A stretch of DNA of 64,000 nt from Tubiluchus corallicola (GCA_030141605.1 JAQGDQ010000961.1:11777-75776), one strand, 5' to 3'. Counted from the stretch's first letter, positions 36,201-51,200 are shown. Program-made: numbers and translations. Notes: generated by a model not told the origin, from the sequence alone.

Positions 36201-39200
36201 CTGTTTTGTTTCTACAAGTGTTATCACGTTTTAGTGCACATATTAGGGTAAAATGGAACACAGCTTATAGAAAAATATTCAGTTTTAGACAAAATGAAAG
36301 CCTCAAATTGTTAATTTTTGTGGCACAATGCCTGCGAATTATTTAATAGATGGTCGAAAATTAAACTTTGTGAGAAAAATTGCAAAGTCTTGCACATTGA
36401 GAAATCCAAAGCTATGCTACTATGTAAATAACAGTCAAGTAAATTTAAGATTTAAATATGGTTGTACCATAGACCTAAACGAAAATGTAAAATTAAAGGT
36501 TAAGAACTCATTTAAAGATTATGTTTTAAGATACCTATTATCACTCCTTACAACACTGTATACTGTAATAATTACAAGGGTACTGAAATGAGTGGATATT
36601 ATAAAGCTGAATGTCTGTAGATGTGTTACTTTACTAACATCTTTACCTTTGTAAGCTGTATATTTTTATACGAAATAAACTCATAATAATAATAAAAAAA
36701 GTGAAGTAAAGATGGCATCAAAATAGCAATGGCTTTTTGACCTCACACAAGTCTTATTTTAAGTACCTGAAGCAAAAATATTGAGTCAATTATGCGGAAT
36801 TTTTAAAGTCAAATGCCAACAGTTTTTATTTGCATTTAAATAAGAACCGTACTAGACATTTTTGAGGCGATTGATTCCACTAAAAGCGAGTCTAATAAAC
36901 AGCACCCACAGGTACCTTATTTTGTCAAAGTTTAGTGACACTAAACACGCAAAAACTTCATATCAACAAACATTCACAAAACCAGAAAATTACCTTGTGT
37001 GGGCTGAGCTGCTGGATTGTACAAGTTCCCATATTGGCCACCAGGTGACATTTGAGTTGGTCCAGGGGCACTTCTGTAAAAGTTAAAAGGAATAAAATGG
37101 GGGCAACGGGATTAAGCTCTCATTTACTGAGGAAAATATACAAAGTCAACTATGTGTCTTCTCTCAAAGCCAATAAATAATTGTAGTGGGTGCATAGGCC
37201 CTTTTTTGGTTTTAATTTAGTCTTCAATTACTGCCACGGTGCTGCCACCTGTTTGTTTATGTAGTAGGCATTTAGCTTTTTACAGTAGTCACTCTTTTAA
37301 AATTGAAGCACCTAATATCCTTCAATACATTAGCATTTTGGTCTTTCGTGAGCTATAGCTATAGTAGTTGTCTGACATTTTACCCGTCTTTTGGTTCTCT
37401 CCGCCATTGCTCTATTTTTCTGACTGTGATGAGCATTATGACTGTGAATTTCTTACGAATTTATTGTTGTGACATTGTTGTTCTTAAGGCTACTTGGAGT
37501 TCTCATTCCTGTTTTTGTAAACTGTTAAAGGCCCTAACAACGTAAGTTATTATTAATTAATTTCAATATAGTCTACATAATTTTTATATCAGTTCTTAGT
37601 TATAGCAATACATTTAATCATGCAAATAATTTTCTTCTACTCAATGCAAATTAAACTAAATGTTAATAATTGTCTTTCAGAATAAAGAAACTTTTGGTCA
37701 ACACGTTAAACTGGTGTTTTGTATCGATTTCATCAATTGTACAATTATTACAATAAAAATTAGTTGTTTTTTTGGCTTTGGCACTTTTTACCTGAGATTA
37801 TATGCTGCATTAACAATCCGAAATGAAAAGTTACCAACCAAACTATGATTATAATTCCATGGTTTTGTTTTTTTGTTTTGCAAAAGTTGGCACAAATAAG
37901 CATTCTCGGCTTCTTATTCAATTTCACACATAAAGCCCCAAAAAATACTGATGCAGTTTCTGTAGGGTTACCATATTGTCTGAGTTAAAAAGACAACACT
38001 TTTTCACACACTTGTAAGTAGGCAAAAATGGCCAGTCTAGGGTTTATTAAACCAATGCAAAATAAAATGCAAATGCTCGCAGAAGCTGACGTCATTTTAA
38101 GTCGTTAACGAATACGCCGAGTATCGACAGCGGTGTGAGTCGTGTGACCCATAACTAAGTGTGCATCGCTTACTTTTGTTCAGTAAATATGTACACAAAG
38201 CTTTTACAAGGGTTGCATTTTGAGATGTTAGCAACATCTTGTATTGAAAATTAACGAGCTTTTCTTTGTATCATACTGCCGTACGCCTCTGCAGTTGGCA
38301 ACTTCCGTTCATACTTACGGATTGAGGCAAAACCCGGACAAACTGCCGATTTTTTGAAAATCTGCCCGGACAAAGGCCCAAAAAGAGGACGTGTCCGGGG
38401 AAACCCTAAGTTTCTGTCTCGAATTATCGGGATTAGCGCTAGCTGATCGACAAAAGTGATTGATACTTATACACTGCTCAAACACGTATAATGTGTGACA
38501 TCCGTTGCAATAAGTAAACATCAGCTATTCATAAACACATTTTACAAGCAAGTTGATAATTATAAGCAAGTGAAATTTTTGTTAAGCTTAAATACACTCA
38601 GTCTAAATTCAAGCAAAATTATCTGTTACAATTTCCCTGGAAAATTTTAGATAAAAATTGGCAAAAGTGAAAAAATGAATATCGCAAATTGACAAGTATA
38701 AATTATTGCCCAATCTTTTAGACCTGTGTAAAAAAAACATCAAGTTAGCCTAAAGAAATAAACATTTCCAAGTACAACCTTAATCAGAGTAAATAAACAA
38801 ATTATTATGTACCCAATTGTACAAAAAAATTACTTACTAGAAGGCACAATTCCTAACTAAGGTAGGCAAAGTGAAAAGTTTAAACAAATAATACTATTTA
38901 TAGTGAATGGTTAGTAAAAACTAATAAAGGTAACATGTATTGAAATATGACAGTTCGTGATAAACGAACTGAACTAGAAAATTTCACGTATGTTGTAGAT
39001 AAATTAAAAATACCCGTATGGTGCAGGTGGCTGCTGCTGCTGATGCTGCTGCGGTTGTTGAGGATAAGAATAGGTCGGTACAGGATGCTGATGTGGTGGA
39101 CTGTAGTTCTGCACGTAGCCGCCAGATGGCATAGAAGTATACTGCGTTTCGTGTTCAGGAGTCGTAAGCGACGGATAACGACGCCTGTGAGCACCAGGTC

Positions 39201-42200
39201 CTTGCGACAATCGGTCTAACAAGAAAATAATTCAAAATCATTTCACTTAATCTTAAATCATTACCTAATCTTTAATGACTTTACATTATTAACTGTGCTG
39301 CACTAGTTACAGTTATGCCTATGTGCACCAGGTCCTTGCGACAATCGCTCTAACAAGAAAATAATTCAAAATCATTTCACTTAATCTTATTAACTGTGTT
39401 GCACTAGTTACAGTTATGCCTATGTGCACCAGGTCCTTGCGACAATCGCTCTAACAAGAAAATAATTCAAAATCATTTCACTTAATCTTATTAACTGTGT
39501 TGCACTAGTTACAGTTATGCCTATGTGCACCAGGTCCTTGCGACAATCGCTCTAACAAGAAAATAATTCAAAATCATTTCACTTAATCTTAATTTCTGTT
39601 GCACTAGTTACAGTTATTCCTATGTGCACCAGGTCCTTGTGATGATCGCTCTAACGAGAAAATAATTGAAAATCATTTCACTTAATCTTATTAATGTCTG
39701 TTGTACTGTTTACAGCTATACGAACCAAAAACTGCCAAGCTGCATGTAGAATATCAGATTTAAAACACTAACATCATACTAGTGATTTTAATCACCATCT
39801 TGGTTAACTGATAAAAGATACAATAAAACTGATGGTTTTCATAATGTAACAAATTTCTCAAAGCATCTATAATTGTTCTGTTTTCTCCAATTTTTGTTAT
39901 TTCATATATGAAAGTGTTTATATATACAATGTTTCCTCACTTAATGTGGGTGTTCCGTTCCAGGCCCACCCGCGATAAGTGAATTTCCATGAAGTAGGGA
40001 CGCTATACTCATTTTAGTAGTTATACATTATATAAGTCTTTATAGTCTCCATCAATCGAAAGTACAAAAAGATAAACCAAAGATAGTCATCACCTCTTTC
40101 GCAACTGTGAAAAATGTTGTTTATCCTCAAACGAAATTCTTTAATAAACCACAACGTTGGTAGAAAAGAATAAATTGGTTCCCACTTCCCGGTGAACAGT
40201 GAATCACTAATTAGTTTTTTAAGTAATGCATTAGCACTGCATTAATGAATTAGTTTCTCTCAAGAAACATTGTTTATTTTAAGAATGTAATGTTTTCTCT
40301 AACAGTTTCAGTGGTATGTAAAGTTTACAGAATATCAGTGAACCTATAACGTTGTTATTTTCACAGCAATTATTAAATTGAAATTAAAAAAGATTAAATT
40401 TAACATCCTTAAACTTTACCACCTATCCACATTTGAGATACCAATGTCAGATTTGACTTGACATGTGTCTACATTTGACTTACCAAAAACGTTTAAGATT
40501 TCTTGAAAACCATTGTTAACACATTTTAACTACCTAAGTCTACATTTGAGTTACCAAGACACATTTGAATTACCTAAGTCTACATTTGAGTTACCAAGAC
40601 ACATTTGAATTACCTAAGTCTACATTTGAGTTACCAAGACACATTTGAATTACCTAAATCTACATTTGACTTAACGTAGGTCTACATTTGACATGTAAAA
40701 CCTATATTTAAAGGCTAGTTTGTTGTCAGCAAAATACAGAAAATACATTTCACTTAGGTAACGAACATGGGAAACCCTACTGATCTTAACCATTTAAAAT
40801 ATTTGTCATTTCACCAGGAGATCAGCCGGGCTGCGATGTGGCAATGCTACTAATGATCTACGGCGATGTTTCCGAAACCTAGTAATTAACGAGCACATTA
40901 ACATTAAAATTAACATTAACCAGCACATTAGTGACATTACAAATGCATTAACATTTCAATGGTGTCGTTTTACATCTTTTATGTAAACAAACAGGAAATA
41001 ATTTTGCACGGAAGTATGTATCACGTATATTGGAAAAGTACATGCTGTAGGTGCCGTAACACTAATTATACTTCACCTGTTAAATTACTAGTGCAGTATG
41101 GTAGACTGAACACACATGAGAACAGTTCTGTTTAGCTTAAAATTCACTTTACCTTTCTGGGAATATATATTCGAAGAAGCAGCAGTCTTGACATCAGCTG
41201 TTTGCTGACTAGTAATTAAAGGCGTGTGATGTCCTTTAATCTGTGAAACACTAGCTGGAGATACGTTCGCTTGTACCTGTGACAGAGAAATAAAACAAAG
41301 ATAAATTAACTTACGTAAAAGTAAGTGTGTTGTGTAACTGATGCTTACCTTGACAGTGCAATGTGTCAGTTTGACAATCATAAATAACACAAATATAGGT
41401 TAAAAAAGCCAAGTGATCACGTGCGTGCTAGCAAAAGAAGTTAAGCAACACCGAGTGTGTTTACTGTTTGGTGAGTCGATAAGAGATAATTGAATACTCG
41501 CTCTCAACACTTGCCATGCTGATTCTGGCTATTTACCTAAGTTACCTTGTTGTGAGATGTAACTCCAACTTCTGTTAAACTATTGTCAGTAAGTAATAAT
41601 GTAATCCAGTTTACAACAGACCAGTAGCATAAAAATTACCCACACAAATGAAATGGCTACTAAGACCAGATAAACCAAGAAAGAGGTACAGTGTTCCCTC
41701 ACTTATCACGGGTGTTCCGTTCCAGGCCCACCCGCGATAAGTGAATTTCCGCGAAGTAGGGATGCTATACTTATTTTAGTAGTTATACATTATTTTAAGT
41801 CTTAAAATTATTTTAAACCCTCCCCACACTCTTATACATAACCCTTTCCCATTCTCTTAATAACTCTTCCCATACTGTACATGTACCTTTTAAAAAACTT
41901 TACTTAAATGTTCATTAAAATGTTTTAAACTCTTAAACCTTGATACATAATTTTGACGGAGTACCGCAAAAACTCGCAAAACAGCGAAAATACCGCAATA
42001 AACATTCTGCATTAATATTTTTGAAAACTCGCGAAACAACGAGTCCGCGATAAACGAACCGCAAAGTAGCGAGGGAACACTGTAATTCAAAAATTTCATC
42101 AAGAATCTTCGTAGTTTAAGTAAGCAAGGTAACTTGTATTTTCTTAGATCATACAATCATGTTTGGAAACAGCTAGGCGTTGTTTCTAGCAGAATCTTGT

Positions 42201-45200
42201 AAAATTGATTTTGCGTTTTGCCTTGGGTTTTTACATCTGCTTTGCTGCTGAGCAAAAACCACATTACATGTGAAAAATAGTAAATAAAAATATATGAAAA
42301 ACTGTATAACATCATAAATAGTTAGGTCAGCATAGAAAAGAAAATTATTTACACAGTTTGTCACTCTGCAAACCAGAATTTAACCCTCAACAGCTGGGCC
42401 CATTTAAAAGAAAACTGGATGATTGGTTACTGTAAAAGTTAGCAATTGTTTCTTATATTTGAATAATTAGCTTAGAAAGTTAATTAACAGTAACCAAACA
42501 CAGCTATTGCTTATGTCAGAAACTAACCACAGTTTGTGCAATGGTAGGCATCTTCCCTTGCGCGTCAAGCACGTTTGCGTAAGTGTTACTGCTTAAACGC
42601 ATGATGTCACAAAAATGGGCTCTACATCATAGGACGTCAAAAACTAACACTGCAGTTCATGATCATGGTACCGCCATCTATTTATCGGCCACGCGAATGT
42701 CACAAAATTTGCCAATCTTAGCCGAGGTAATCATTATTTAATCAAAGTTTTGATTTAAAAAAATCTATTGTAGTTTTCAATATTTTAGAGCATTCTTTAT
42801 TCTGAACTAATGTTTACACAGTCATCCGGTTTTCCTTTAATGTGGATGGTAGAGATAGGACTGGAACATAAATTGCCATCAAAGATGATCCATTTACATT
42901 GTAAGTTAAGCCAGCAAAGTATCTTAGACACATTTGGACATGTATACACACTACACAGTCTCTTTAATATACAAATGACAAGGAAAAGCACGACAGAAGC
43001 AATCCCCCCACAGTCACCAACCCTCTTACTGAACAGGATTGATGTAGTTTAACTACAGGCACTAAGACGACTTTACCACTCACTTAGTAGCAAACATTAA
43101 ATACATACAAACACAACACTAAACTTCATAATATCAACATGATTACCTATAATGATGTCGGTTGAGCTAGTTTAGATAAAAATAAACAAAATCAAGTTTA
43201 GAACTCAGATCTTTTTCAGAAACTTATCAACAAAAAAACTAAAAGAAGCTTACCTGATACGATGAGGCCGGTCCATTCTGCAAGGGCACTCCCCCTTCCG
43301 GATGTATTTCTTGAACTTGGAATGGTTGAGCTGCCGTGACTAATTGCTGTCCCTTTGCTCTGTACAACCGATCTCTTAAAACTGCAACCTTCTCCTTTAA
43401 TTAAAAATAAAAACTTTTAGTTACTAATAATTACTGCATTTCAAGAAAGTACTAATTAGTATCAACTAACATTATATAAGGTGACATGTTTTGTTCACGG
43501 ACACTGTCAAAGCCTTACTGAACTGCGCATCAAGAAATTCATGCAAAACAGCCAAACAGGAAAAGTTGAAAAAACAGATTTTATGTAAAAAACCTGAGAA
43601 CAAACGTAATAAGGTCAGAATTTGATCCTACTGCCTATGGTATCTTCATTGCTAACTTAAGTAGTCTGCAAATGTAAAATACTGATATTGTCTAGGTTTA
43701 CTTATATCAGGTGGTAGAAAAAAAATATGCCAAACTTTTCATCATGAAATATTAAGCAAATAATAGCTGTATCACTTGGAAATTACCACACTGGCCTTAC
43801 AGACAACACGGAAAATATTACGTCATTCCCTTAAATTTGTCCAAAGTTACAGAATTTTTAAATGAACAAGTTAAAAAAATTAAATGCGGGAAAGTTTTGC
43901 GTCAGTACTGCAGCAAGTGCTGTATGTGTCCACCAATTTCACGCATTAGTAGTAGACGAACGCATTTCCTTCAATAGCTGACACACTTTCCCACTTCTTT
44001 AAGGGGTATTTGATCCCTGTATTAAACAATGTTACGACCTGCCAACTAGCGGTCAGCTCACGAAACAACGGACTGTGCCCATAGTACGCGGGACTTTTAA
44101 CGGTCCAGATTTTGTCGGATTTTTCCGATATCCGAGGTCCGGTAATTCGAGATATGAGTGTATAAAAAAGGGAGACTTGCAGTGAAAGGTGCAAAAGTCT
44201 TTGCTGCAGTCAATGTTAGAATCTGATGCAAAAACATACATTACATGTTAGAAATGGGTAACGGTTCTACTAATATTGCCAAAATAAACAGTTCCTATTC
44301 TTACCGCGGCACAGCTGCTCAAGTAGTACATGGCCGTTTCTAAGCAGCCTTGAGACGCCAAAATCTCTCCATACTGCTGAAATTTATCGACTAGACTGCC
44401 AGCGTGAATCTCCGGTGCACGACCCTTTAACACCTCCACCGCTTTCCATAGTATCATGACCTTCTCCATCAAATCCTGCAAGAAACACGCACTTATAAGT
44501 TTGTTAGTTCAAATTTACTGAGCTATTCGCCGACAAGGTAACCAGTAACGTAACCAGTACACAATTTCATATACTGTATACTGAAATACTCACTTTGAAC
44601 ATACTGTTTTTTCAAGAATGACTTATGTGAAAGAATTATTACTGTTGAATAGTAATTTTGGCACTTGCACAGCTAGTTGTTCCCAGTTACATGCATTTCG
44701 CCATTCACTAGTTAGACGGGCACCAACGCCTACATGTTAGAAATACATTGCACAAAAACAGGTGCTGTACCTTTTAGTTCAGAGTTGTTCAATTGTAACA
44801 CAACGGTAAGCTTGAAATTTAAATTTTAAATTTGCCGAGTTTTTATATATCACAATGAATTTGTACAGCAGCACTGCACTTCAATTACCACTTTCCCGTG
44901 CCATCACCACGTGCAACATCCTGGAGAAATGTTTGAGCTATTGAATATTATGTTCAATTGTGATGTCATCAATGCCATTAATTAAGTTTTAACTTATTAG
45001 TTAATTGCAAGAAATGCTTGTCATTATTACGTGCGTTAAAACAAATACTTTTTACCGTACTTCAAAATGGTGTAGTATATGAAAAATCATCCTGTTTTCC
45101 TTTAAATACTTTTTTAATGCCTCTGTGTCTTGGACTACCAGCTTCCTGATTGGCATCTTAATCTGTAAGCTACTACTCAAATAAATGCAGCATTCTAGTA

Positions 45201-48200
45201 GCATAGCAACAGTCACAGCATCTTAAAACACGGTAGTAGGCACAAGCTTCGCATAGATCATTAACCAATTTAATTTTACTCATGTATAAAGTGTATATTG
45301 ATTTCTGTGACTAATAAATAATAAAATAATAAAATAAATAAATAAATAATAAATAAAAGCAAGTGCAACAAAAATATATTCAGCTTCTCGAAACAAACTT
45401 CGCAAGATTATGAAATAAAAAGTCAGTTTTATCTGATTTCACCTGAAGAGCAAGCGGTGAATTGTTTTGATGGAGGCGTGCCCAGCAATCGGCCAGCTTA
45501 TCCACGCTCCCAGAGCAGATGTAACACAAGCAAGCATTCGTCAACATGTCTTCATCTTCTTCAGCTTCCAGCCGGGTACCAAGCATATCTAAACATATAA
45601 ATGAAATGATAAGCAAGATCGCATAAATTTAAAGCGAACACATTTTTTCCAAACAAGTGAATTCCAGTTTGCTCAGTAACTAGACCAACTGCAACTCGTA
45701 AAACAATAAATGCTTGTCAAGTCATTGCACTTTTTCAGTTATTTTAGCACAAGGTAAAGGGACCGGCTACATTTTAAAGTGAAACAGATATTTTTAAACG
45801 TTTATTAGTGTAGCAGCTCTGCACTTTCTTTAAAATATAAAAATTCAATATTACATTAGCAGACGTGCACTAATTAAGAAAACTGTTGTTAAAAACCTAC
45901 ATCTTTACACTAGCGACATAAAAAAGCTATTATTTTTATGAAAATTTATGTAAAGGAAAATTTATTTCATAAACTAAAGAAGACTAATTAGCAAATTAAC
46001 TTAAAATTTTACAAAGCAAAAAAGGCTACAAGGCAAAGCAACGACATTTCAATAATCAACATTATCAAAGTGACCTATACATAGGGTTACCATACGTCCG
46101 GGTTTCCCCGGACACGTCCTCTTTTTGGGCCTCTGTCCGGGAGGGGTTTCAAAAAAATCGGCAGTTTGTCCGGGTTTGATTCAATCCGTAAGTATGTACG
46201 GACGTTGCCAACTGCAGAAGCGTATGACAGTATGAGACAAAGAAAAGCTTGCTAATTTTCAATACAAGATGTTGCTAACATCTCAAAATGCAACCCTTGT
46301 ACATATTTACTGAACAAAAGTAAGATTTGTGCACATCATTATGGGTCATACGACTCACACTGCTGTCGATACTCGGCGTATTCTCGCTAACGACTTCAGG
46401 GAGCCATTTTGTTTGTTTTCATGTGAATTTCTTTAAATTCGTATAGTTTCGCTGTTTTGCAGTTTTGAGCAACTGGTAAAAGTTAATTAGAAAGTAGCAA
46501 TGCCAAAACGACAGTGTGCGTTTACAAATGAAATGAAAGCCAAGTACCCGTGTTTTCGCGCAGGTCGATGTTACTGGGAAGCCGAATGCTTGACACGTGG
46601 TCTTCTTTTTCAACTCAGAGAATATGGTAACCCTACCTATACGGCAATTTAGCCTTTCTAAACAGAAACTGTAATGCCGACACATCCAAGCTTATAATAC
46701 ATTAAATAAACAACTTTTAAATAGAAAAAAGAATTAAGGTGCATCAGAAACAAAACACTTAACATCATTAAATATCAGATTTAGATGTCCGGTGTTTTTA
46801 TTCATCATTGCACTCTGTTTCCTAAATGCAGCAACACTTTGTAACACATGAAAGCAAAAATTTAACAGTCTGCAAAACACAACTATCATGTATTTTACCA
46901 CAGAGGATGCTAAAACTGTCTGGTGGGGAATATGTCAAGATCGTCGCCAAAGCTTCCTTCCAACTATCCAGTGAGCATGTAGAAATGATGTGCCGCCAGT
47001 CTTGCCTTACTATTGATGAGATCATCTGTTAAAATAATTTAAAAGAAAACTGAGTAATGTGTTTGCTCAGTATATTAAGTGAGAATGTGTACAGTAATGA
47101 TACAGCCTGATCTAAAGCTAAATAAATTAAAACCAATTTATAATACTTCAACTTTCTTTTTAATAGATACAGTAGGTGCCACTTATTAGACTCAGTGTTA
47201 ATAGAATCAGTCGCCTAACTGACTCATAAATGTCTCATAACGGCCACTCCTATTCAAATGTATATATAAATTGTTGGCAAGTAACTCAAATAACTCCACA
47301 AGTTTGACTTATTTTTGTTGATGTAGTTAAATAAGAAACTTATGTGTGATCAAACTACTTTACAACTTTTATGCCACCTTAACACCACTTTTATGTAGAA
47401 TATACGTAGAAACAATCAAGTTAAGTACAGTTTTGCTTGAAAGAACAGTTATATCTGTCAATAAGTAATATGCTAGCTAGCGGTTTTGCTTTGAATCTAT
47501 TACCCGCTTGCCGAATGCAATTAAACTTCTTTCCCAGAATTTATGGAAGCTAAACTTTTAATCACGCTTTGTTTTTGAAGCTCTTGCTGCTTTTCACAGA
47601 GAGTTTAATCAAGTAACTGTTACTGTTATGCCACTGATGCAAATGCAGTAATCTGCCAGTGTTCTTTGTGACTTTACAAGTAAACATCTTAGAGCAACTA
47701 GGAGCATAAAGTTAATTTTCAAAAAATTAATGGAGCATAAGCGTAAAGACATAATATTTAAAGCTCTTACAGCCTTTGCAGTGCATGTTAAACTGGTCAT
47801 CATCATCCATCCAATGAATCATATGTCCATGGACACGATTCTGTTCACCTCCCTATGCCAGGATTCCCTACTCGCTGCAATGCCCAATGTGCATTTGTCT
47901 CTGAGGATCAGTACTTAAGTGTTTAAATCTTTCTGTGCAAAATCTAAATATGTTAACATTTGTTCTCCTGCAGGTCTTCTGGCTGCTTCTATGACTTGCT
48001 GACGAGCTATCTTCAATGGATCATTATCAGGTAGTCTAAGCATATTCCCAATCCATCTTAAACAACGTCTTTTTATTTTTTTCTTCTATTATTTTTTCAT
48101 TTAGATCTTTATTTGAGATTTTCAAACTAAAATGAAGATTGATCACACGTACTTCAATACTAGTAATAACTACATGTGTCAGCTAATCGATTCACTCAGT

Positions 48201-51200
48201 TAATTGGGTCAAAACACTTCCAACACAAACAGTCTGTTAAGTGCCACCTATTATATCACTAAATCAAGCAAAAAACACCACTAGCAATGCAGGCAATAGC
48301 AAATTATTAATGCTGAATGAGCAGAAGTCTATGTATTTTTTTAAGCAAAATAATGATACAATAAAGTAAGAATTTTATAGGAACAATTATTCTACAATTG
48401 ATACAAAGTCCACAAAGCAGTAAAATTATTTATTTACGGTGGACTTTAGAAAGAAATTACTAACACATTAAGTAACACAAATGTATTTCCATATTTTACC
48501 TTTCCTATAGCTGTTTTGTGTGTTTTGAAGTACCTATCTTGTGTTCGGGATAAAAGTTCGGGACCACCAGCTTTAGCCAGTATGATGGCATCTGCTATGC
48601 GGTTGTCATGGAAGCACAATTCAACTGCTGCTTCAAAATTTCCAGCTAGCAAGGCTTGGCCAATCAATCCGTCAGTGTCTGAAAGACGTAAAGACAAACA
48701 TATTTAGATTTCACAACCATCATTTTGTTATGGGGTTATTGATTTCCTTTGTCAACAAGCAAATTTTTCTTGTTCCTTTACATTTAGATTCAGATTTATT
48801 ATGTACAATGCCAGTGCGTAGGAGTTCCTTGTTGAAGCTGACACTAAGCTTATGACTAGGACACTGATCTAGTAATTGTTGATGGTACCAGCCGGCACAG
48901 CTGAAATGTCACCTCTAGTTAAAAAGCTTCCTGGTTTAATAAAGAGTTGGCTGTTAAAAAAATATAAAGAAAAAAGCTGACAATCTCAGTAGCTTTTGTA
49001 CAGTGACTCAGTAAACTCTCTGACTAGCTCACACTCAGTCTCGGGCCAGGCAGACTCTTGAACTGCTTTTAAGTTTGACAAGCTTGGCTCATTGGAAAAA
49101 GTTATCTCTAATCACATCTTCTATCATTGTAATACGTTTGGAACAGTGAGGTTAAAAAAGGGAGTCACCTAAAAAAACAGACGTTGAACACTAAATCTCC
49201 AAAACAGTCTTTCTTACAAATGTAACGTACTAGCAAACGATCATCAAAGAAAACAGTTACAAAGGGATACAATAACAATGTAATATGACAACACATCCTG
49301 TAACAACGTATGGTAGAGGAAAAATAACCTTCTTTAACAGGAATCGCTAGGGGAGATTCCGGGCGAGAATCATCAGCACTCTGAGCTGTTGCTGCTATGG
49401 AATCGAAAGCTGCCGTGGCGTCTCCCAAGCTGTTACACGGCGTCTTTGCACCGCCACTCGCTACCACAGGGGAAGACAGATCTGTACTTTTGCTCGTACC
49501 GTCTACAAGACCCTGTAAAGCAAAAAATTTCGTTTGCTCACTACAAACACTGTTTGTGCCAGCATGATGAAACTTGCCTGTCAGTTGCTACTGATATTAT
49601 ACAGTGTCAAGGTAAAATCACGTCGCAGATACATGAGTTTGGACACAGTGATGCCTGGAGATACGAAATTAATTCGTTCTGGAGGGGCATTTGTATCTTA
49701 GAATTTTCGTATTATGAGACAGGATTTACCCTATAAATGGCGCAATTTGTTACCCCAACTCCCTTCCCTCCCCGAAAACAGTCGTACAAAGTGCAACAGA
49801 GTAGCTTGATGGCGGCGGAGGAGGAGGCAGCGAACAGAGTTTTGACACGTGAGCATTCACGTGATGCTACGAAGTGCATTCTGGGAGGACCGCTGTCGGG
49901 CGGCACTTTCAATTTTCCTTTTCGTATCTTGAATATTTTTTCGTTAAATGGGATGGATATTTCTTCGAAGCCCGATTCATATTCTGAATTTTTCGTACAA
50001 TAGGGTTTTCGTAAGTCGAGGTTCCACTATACAGTGTTCTCTCACTTATCGCGGGTGTTCCGTTCCAGGCCTACCCGCAATAAGTGAACTTCCGCGAAGT
50101 AGGGACCTTATACTTATTTTAGTAGTTAAACATTATTTTAAGTCTTTATTATAAACCCTCCCCACACTCTTATACATAACCCTTTCCCATTCCCTTAATA
50201 ACTTTTCCCATACTGTACATGTACCGTTTAAAAAACTTTACTTAATGTTCATAAAAATGTTTTAAACTCTTAATCCTAGATACGTAATATTAAAAATTTG
50301 ACGTGTATTGGGTACAATCTCATGTCGGCAAGTAGCATCTCAAGCGGGCACAAGTACTACATTTCGTTTTTGGTGTTTATTCATCTGCCGAATAAATACA
50401 CTATTTACTGTAAATGGTAATTTTTTATGATTTATAATATTCTTTTAATGTTAGAATTAATATTTTTGATACATTTTTATACATTTTGTGATTTTTTTAT
50501 GCAAAATTCATCAAATCTATACATTACTGTACAATACGTACTACGCATGCACAAAAATACTTTAGACGGAGTACCGCAAAAACCGGCGAAACAGGGAAAA
50601 TATTGCGATAAATATTTTACATTAATATTTTTGAAAACCCGCGAAACAGCGAGTCTGCGATAAACGAACCGCCATGTAGCGAGGGAACACTATATAGTGA
50701 ATTAAAATTTTTGCTCAACCCTGTGTTGACACTGTGTGTTTATAATACATATATAAATGCCTTCTGCTGCTGACAACTCCTTTTTTCCATACTTGTTCAT
50801 TATGACGTACGTGTTTTGTAATTATAATTTGTTATTGCTTGTATTTGAATAATTGTGTAATTGTATAATTATTGTATACTTGTAATCTTGTTACTGTCAC
50901 TCATCGTTTGCACCTGCATTGCATTATATTATTGTGTTTTCTACGTGCGCATTGTATCGTTTACTAATATGTACTGTACCATTCGCGTATGTAATAAATA
51001 ATAAATAAGAACATGGATGTATAATGACAGTATGATAGTGAGTATAAGAAAATGTATTTTCCTATGATTATAACTCTTTAACCCGCATATCTTGTAAAAA
51101 CACTTGTGCTCGGCAGATAATGCAAACTAATGTAAACCAGTGGCAACTGAAATGTTTGCACCATGCAGTTAAAGCACAAGAAAACCCTCCACTTACATCA

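Noticed and set aside
40848-40885. Degenerate hammerhead (CTAATGA...CCGAAACC)
   Set aside because: Core CUGA is mutated and stems are not formed.
43016-43031. AGTAAGAGGGTT shared with MAT intron 3 (17205-17217)
   Set aside because: A 12-16-nt near match is expected many times by chance within 64 kb.
43612-43748. C/D box arrangement (AUGAUGA..CUGA..AUGAAGA..CUGA)
   Set aside because: No terminal stem, long D'-C' spacer and only short, ambiguous rRNA complementarity; compatible with chance.
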